Shown here: positions 60,668 to 64,000 of the stretch, piece after piece
How the letters are laid out: each line of letters starts with the position of its first letter
Position numbering within the stretch: the first letter of the stretch is position 1
Assembly: GCA_965215515.1 (NCBI GenBank)
Contig: OZ244057.1
Span: 1,824,001 to 1,888,000 of the forward strand
Length of the DNA stretch: 64,000 nt
From: Oligoflexales bacterium
Lineage (GTDB): Bacteria > Bdellovibrionota_B > Oligoflexia > Oligoflexales > JAPPIL01
Reading direction: 5' to 3'
The notes under the pieces: model-generated
Told to the model about the DNA's origin: nothing
Database searches by the model: none
Seen by the model: only the letters and a program-made list of their open reading frames with translations
Made by a program: the position numbers and the translations under genes

Positions 60668-61726
60668 TTGAAGAACTTGGTGTTATTGCTTATTCTGGGG
60701 TTAGTACCGACAAGTTGTAGTGTAGAGCACAAAGAACCCGCCGCGGCACAGCAATCGCCGCAGGGGTTACGGGCGATGCGGGGGTGGTTCACCCTGTTGA
60801 CGGAGAATGCGGCACGCAACAGTTATCGGCTGCGTAATTGGTTGTCTCTGCTGGGGCAGCGGCATGCTTACGAAATCCGTGGCGATACTTGGTTTACCTC
60901 GTCGTTGAACGGTAACTTCGCCCGCAGTCGCAGCGGGCGAGTGCGGGGCAAAACCTACAGCACTTTCGGCGAGTTCATGGCCAGCTCCGATCTCGGTTCG
61001 AAAATAAAGTACGATGTCAATCAGGATGGTTTCTTCGGTTATCATACCCCTGACAGGTTGGTGTTGGGAATTTTTGACGGCAGTAGCACGGGTGGGAGTG
61101 GAGAACTTGCCACCCAGGTGGGCATCGATACCATGCGTCGTCATCTTCCTGAACACTCGTTACCGCAAGCATTGAACGAAGTGCGCGACGAGTTGTATGT
61201 GTATGCGTCTATCCATCCGCATGTATCACGGCAGTATAGTGCTGTGGCTGCGGGGGTAGAGATCACGGGCAACACAGCCCGCATCGCCCACGCGGGTGAT
61301 GTACGTGTGTTGCACCTGCGCGATGACAGCTTGCTATTTCACACTGACGATCACAACCCTGCGTGGCGTGAGGTGATGGAAGGTCGCCTGAGTGCCCAGA
61401 AGTATCTGTCTCCGCAGGTCGATAAGAGCGGTGCTGACCGAGAGCTACGTATTCCCAGGGGTAGTGATAATGGTCGTGAGATGGTTGAAACCGCCCAGCG
61501 CCAACTAAAAAGTGGTGACACGATGGTACTGGCTTCCGATGGTGTATGGAAGGTGTGCACCATCGCTGAGATTGTGGCTTTAACGCGAGGACGCAGCACT
61601 GCGGATGCGGCTGAGGCGATCAGACGACGAGTCAGGCTACGGGTCGGCGGCGATGAGAAGGTAGATGACAATGTCACGGTAATAGTTTATCGCCACGATC
61701 CTGCGCGGCTTCTGCAAACGCTTTGA
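60668..61726 (+). CDS. PP2C-family Ser/Thr phosphatase with lipoprotein signal
   Basis: GGAGG + TTG, MKNLVLLLILGLVPTSC; NQD, FDG, AGD, SDG, DN motifs. Confidence 0.82.
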   Translation: MKNLVLLLILGLVPTSCSVEHKEPAAAQQSPQGLRAMRGWFTLLTENAARNSYRLRNWLSLLGQRHAYEIRGDTWFTSSLNGNFARSRSGRVRGKTYSTFGEFMASSDLGSKIKYDVNQDGFFGYHTPDRLVLGIFDGSSTGGSGELATQVGIDTMRRHLPEHSLPQALNEVRDELYVYASIHPHVSRQYSAVAAGVEITGNTARIAHAGDVRVLHLRDDSLLFHTDDHNPAWREVMEGRLSAQKYLSPQVDKSGADRELRIPRGSDNGREMVETAQRQLKSGDTMVLASDGVWKVCTIAEIVALTRGRSTADAAEAIRRRVRLRVGGDEKVDDNVTVIVYRHDPARLLQTL

Positions 61727-61757
61727 TTTTTTTGGTAAAAATTAATACAATGGCGCG

Positions 61758-62876
61758 GTGCACTTGTACGACGTAATCATCATCGGTGGCGGGGCGATGG
61801 GTTCTGCTACCGCTCATCACTCAGCTAAGGCTGGGGCGCGGGTGTTGCTCTTGGAGCAGTTTCAGCATGGACACCAGCGAGGCAGTGCACACGGCGAGAC
61901 ACGCATCATTCAGCCAAACCACCATCGATCTTGTTACCCTCCGTTAGTGCAGGCGGCCTATACCGAATGGCGTGCTCTTGAGCGGCTCGCTCGGCGGCGG
62001 CTGTTGTTTATCGGTGGGGGTATCAGCCTGGCACCGCCAGCGCATCCAAGACTGACCGCGATGTGGGATAACCTCAGGGAGGCAGGGTTTGCTGTGGAGT
62101 GGTGGAATACGGCACAGCTTGGCCAGCGTTTCCCGCAATTTTGTCTGTCGGCGGACACGGGTATCCTGTGGCAAAAAGACTGTGGTGTGCTGCATGCTGC
62201 CGCTTGTCTGGCGGCGCATTTATATTTTGCCGAGCAGTATGGGGCCGAGATCCGTGTCGCAACTCCTGTCACTCGTCTTGATTGGCAGGGCGAGCGGGTC
62301 GCGGTGCATATTGCGGGTGAAGTTCTGCAGGCCCGTAAAGTCGTCGTCACTGCGGGGGCTTGGACGGGGCAACTGCTGGCGGAGCTCGATCTTCCGCTGA
62401 CGGTCACGCGTCAGCAGGTTGTTTACTATCAGCCCGCGGCGCAGGCTAGTTTTTCCGTGCCGAGTTTTCCTGTGTTTACCGAGATTACGGCGGAGGACGA
62501 AGTGTATTACGGTGTTCCTTTTTTTGGGGCGAAAGGGTTAAAACTAGCTCGGCATGGTGGCGGAGCGACGGTGTCACCTGACACCTGTGACCGCGCTCCT
62601 GATAAGGCATACATTACCCGTCTCGACCACCACATGCGAGCACTGCTACCTGCGTGTGGCGAGGTTGCAGACGCGGAGGTTTGTCTTTACACCGAGACAC
62701 CTGATCAGGATTTTATTATCGACCATCACCCACACTGCCCACAGGTGTTGATCGCGGCGGGTTTTTCGGGACGTGGGTTTAAATTTTCCGCCCTCATCGG
62801 GCGTATCTTGAGCGAGCTCGTGCTGCATGATGAAACTGCTTTCGACCTCAGTCCGTTTCGGATAGGAAGGTTGTAG
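61758..62876 (+). CDS. solA: N-methyl-L-tryptophan/monomeric sarcosine oxidase
   Basis: GGGAMG, GSAHGETR, CLYT, DFIID, GFSGRGFKF. Confidence 0.88.
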   Translation: MHLYDVIIIGGGAMGSATAHHSAKAGARVLLLEQFQHGHQRGSAHGETRIIQPNHHRSCYPPLVQAAYTEWRALERLARRRLLFIGGGISLAPPAHPRLTAMWDNLREAGFAVEWWNTAQLGQRFPQFCLSADTGILWQKDCGVLHAAACLAAHLYFAEQYGAEIRVATPVTRLDWQGERVAVHIAGEVLQARKVVVTAGAWTGQLLAELDLPLTVTRQQVVYYQPAAQASFSVPSFPVFTEITAEDEVYYGVPFFGAKGLKLARHGGGATVSPDTCDRAPDKAYITRLDHHMRALLPACGEVADAEVCLYTETPDQDFIIDHHPHCPQVLIAAGFSGRGFKFSALIGRILSELVLHDETAFDLSPFRIGRL

Positions 62877-62889
62877 AGGGAGACATGGG

Positions 62890-63468
62890 ATGGCTTTGAC
62901 TTCATCGAAGATGCTACCGCTGGCGACTCCGCTGCCTGATTTCAGTTTGACTGACCCCGCAGCCTGGCAACAGGTGGACAGGAGTATCGTGCCTGCTGCG
63001 GCTGAAGGGGTGTTGGTGGCGATAATCTGCAATCACTGCCCGTATGTGCAACATCTGCGCCCGCAGTTAGCGAAGCTGTGCGCGAGTTATCGTGAGCGTA
63101 TCTTCACGTTAGCCGTCAGTGCTAACGACAGCAAGCGTTATCCTGAGGACGGGCCGCGGCAGATGCTGGCGTGCAAGGAGGAGTTTGCTTTTACCTTTCC
63201 GTATCTGTGGGATAAGGAGCAGAAGTTCGTCAAGCGATTGTGCGCGGTGTGCACACCAGAGTTTTATCTGTTCGATGGCAACCGTCTGCTTGTTTATCGC
63301 GGTCGTTTCGATGCCTCCCGCCCTAGCCGCGCTGTGCCCGTCGATGGCAAAGATCTGCGGCTGGCAATAGAGAATTTGCTGAACGGGAAAGAACCGCTTG
63401 CCGACCAGCAACCGAGTGTCGGCTGCAGTATCAAGTGGTTGGACGGCAACGCTCCCGATTACGGGTGA
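62890..63468 (+). CDS. Thioredoxin/AhpC-TSA family protein
   Basis: ICNHCPYV, YPEDGP, CTPEF, YRGRFD, GCSIKW. Confidence 0.92.
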   Translation: MALTSSKMLPLATPLPDFSLTDPAAWQQVDRSIVPAAAEGVLVAIICNHCPYVQHLRPQLAKLCASYRERIFTLAVSANDSKRYPEDGPRQMLACKEEFAFTFPYLWDKEQKFVKRLCAVCTPEFYLFDGNRLLVYRGRFDASRPSRAVPVDGKDLRLAIENLLNGKEPLADQQPSVGCSIKWLDGNAPDYG

Positions 63469-63677
63469 GTATTGCGGTGAACGAGCGCAAGGTCGTCAGT
63501 TTCAAGGAAGCTAAAAAACGCCGCCGCGCGCGCAAGGTTGCAGCTTTGCCGCGGGCGCAGCCATCCCCGCACCGATACAAGTCGTGGGGGTGGAAGTTAC
63601 TCCAGGCTGTGCAGGTGGTGTTATTCTTGGTAATTCTAGCGCTGTTCATCAAGCTTTGTCACGGCGGCAGTATCTGA
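63465..63677 (+). CDS. Small basic membrane protein
   Basis: GTGA overlap, KVVSFKEAKK, C-terminal TM helix. Confidence 0.6.
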   Translation: MSIAVNERKVVSFKEAKKRRRARKVAALPRAQPSPHRYKSWGWKLLQAVQVVLFLVILALFIKLCHGGSI

Positions 63678-63714
63678 ATAACAAAGCAAAGCCCGCGCGA
63701 CCCGCCTAGGTGTT

Positions 63715-64000
63715 TTAGATTTTGCGCACTTCGTTTTTGATCTTAGCCGCCATCTGGCGCGGCACATAAATCTCATAATACGGCGGTAACTTCACGAAAC
63801 GCCTGGAAGTGAAGGCACGTGAGCTAAGACAGGGATTGTATTTACCTAAAGTGCTCTTGTCTAAAGAGGTTTTTTTAATCAAACTAGCGGTGGAAATTTT
63901 TTTGGGGAGACGCACTGCTACTAACGGAACAGGTTGATGACGTTTGCCGTCCACAAGCTTGTGATAAACTTTATTGGCAGCAAGATACTCGCTGTAAAAA
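63715..64000 (-). CDS. Lytic transglycosylase (MltD-like), 3' end only
   Basis: Frame open to the window edge; FYSEYLAA...KYNP, degenerate LysM-like tail. Confidence 0.55.
   Translation of the reverse strand, partial: FYSEYLAANKVYHKLVDGKRHQPVPLVAVRLPKKISTASLIKKTSLDKSTLGKYNPCLSSRAFTSRRFVKLPPYYEIYVPRQMAAKIKNEVRKI

Noticed and set aside
1..64000. CRISPR array, tRNA or rRNA genes
   Set aside because: No regularly spaced repeat-spacer array or recognisable structural RNA gene seen by eye; no covariance search was run.

Overview
Bacterial chromosomal window; the gene content, giant Cys-rich pilins and sigma-28-type promoters suggest Bdellovibrionota/Oligoflexia, possibly host-associated (inference only). 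The backbone is housekeeping: uvrC-uvrB, FHA/HD-GYP, rplU, nnr, rpoZ, addB-like, gmhB, hppA, ahcY, glyQS, holB-ricT, mtaB-der-mnmA, a beta-oxidation operon and solA. It is punctuated by eroded IS2-like (IS3), IS5 and IS1634 remnants. The main feature is a ~15 kb accessory region (35.9-50.8 kb) bracketed by a duplicated mtaB 3' end. It carries two paralogous two-gene cassettes. Each has a ~1000 aa type IV pilin with a near-identical N-terminal ~190 aa, a Pro/Thr hinge and a different Cys-rich body (TSP1-like or CXCXC repeats). Each pilin gene is followed by a lipoprotein metzincin-ankyrin protein with a constant TTTWGELKK tail. Both cassettes are delimited by IS2-like ends and sit behind a sigma-28-like promoter whose spacer contains a poly-A tract of different length (A10 vs A9). 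One pilin also has an in-frame C10 tract. Together this looks like a candidate phase/antigenic-variation system for surface pilin adhesins. All calls are by eye from sequence and motifs; no database searches were run.
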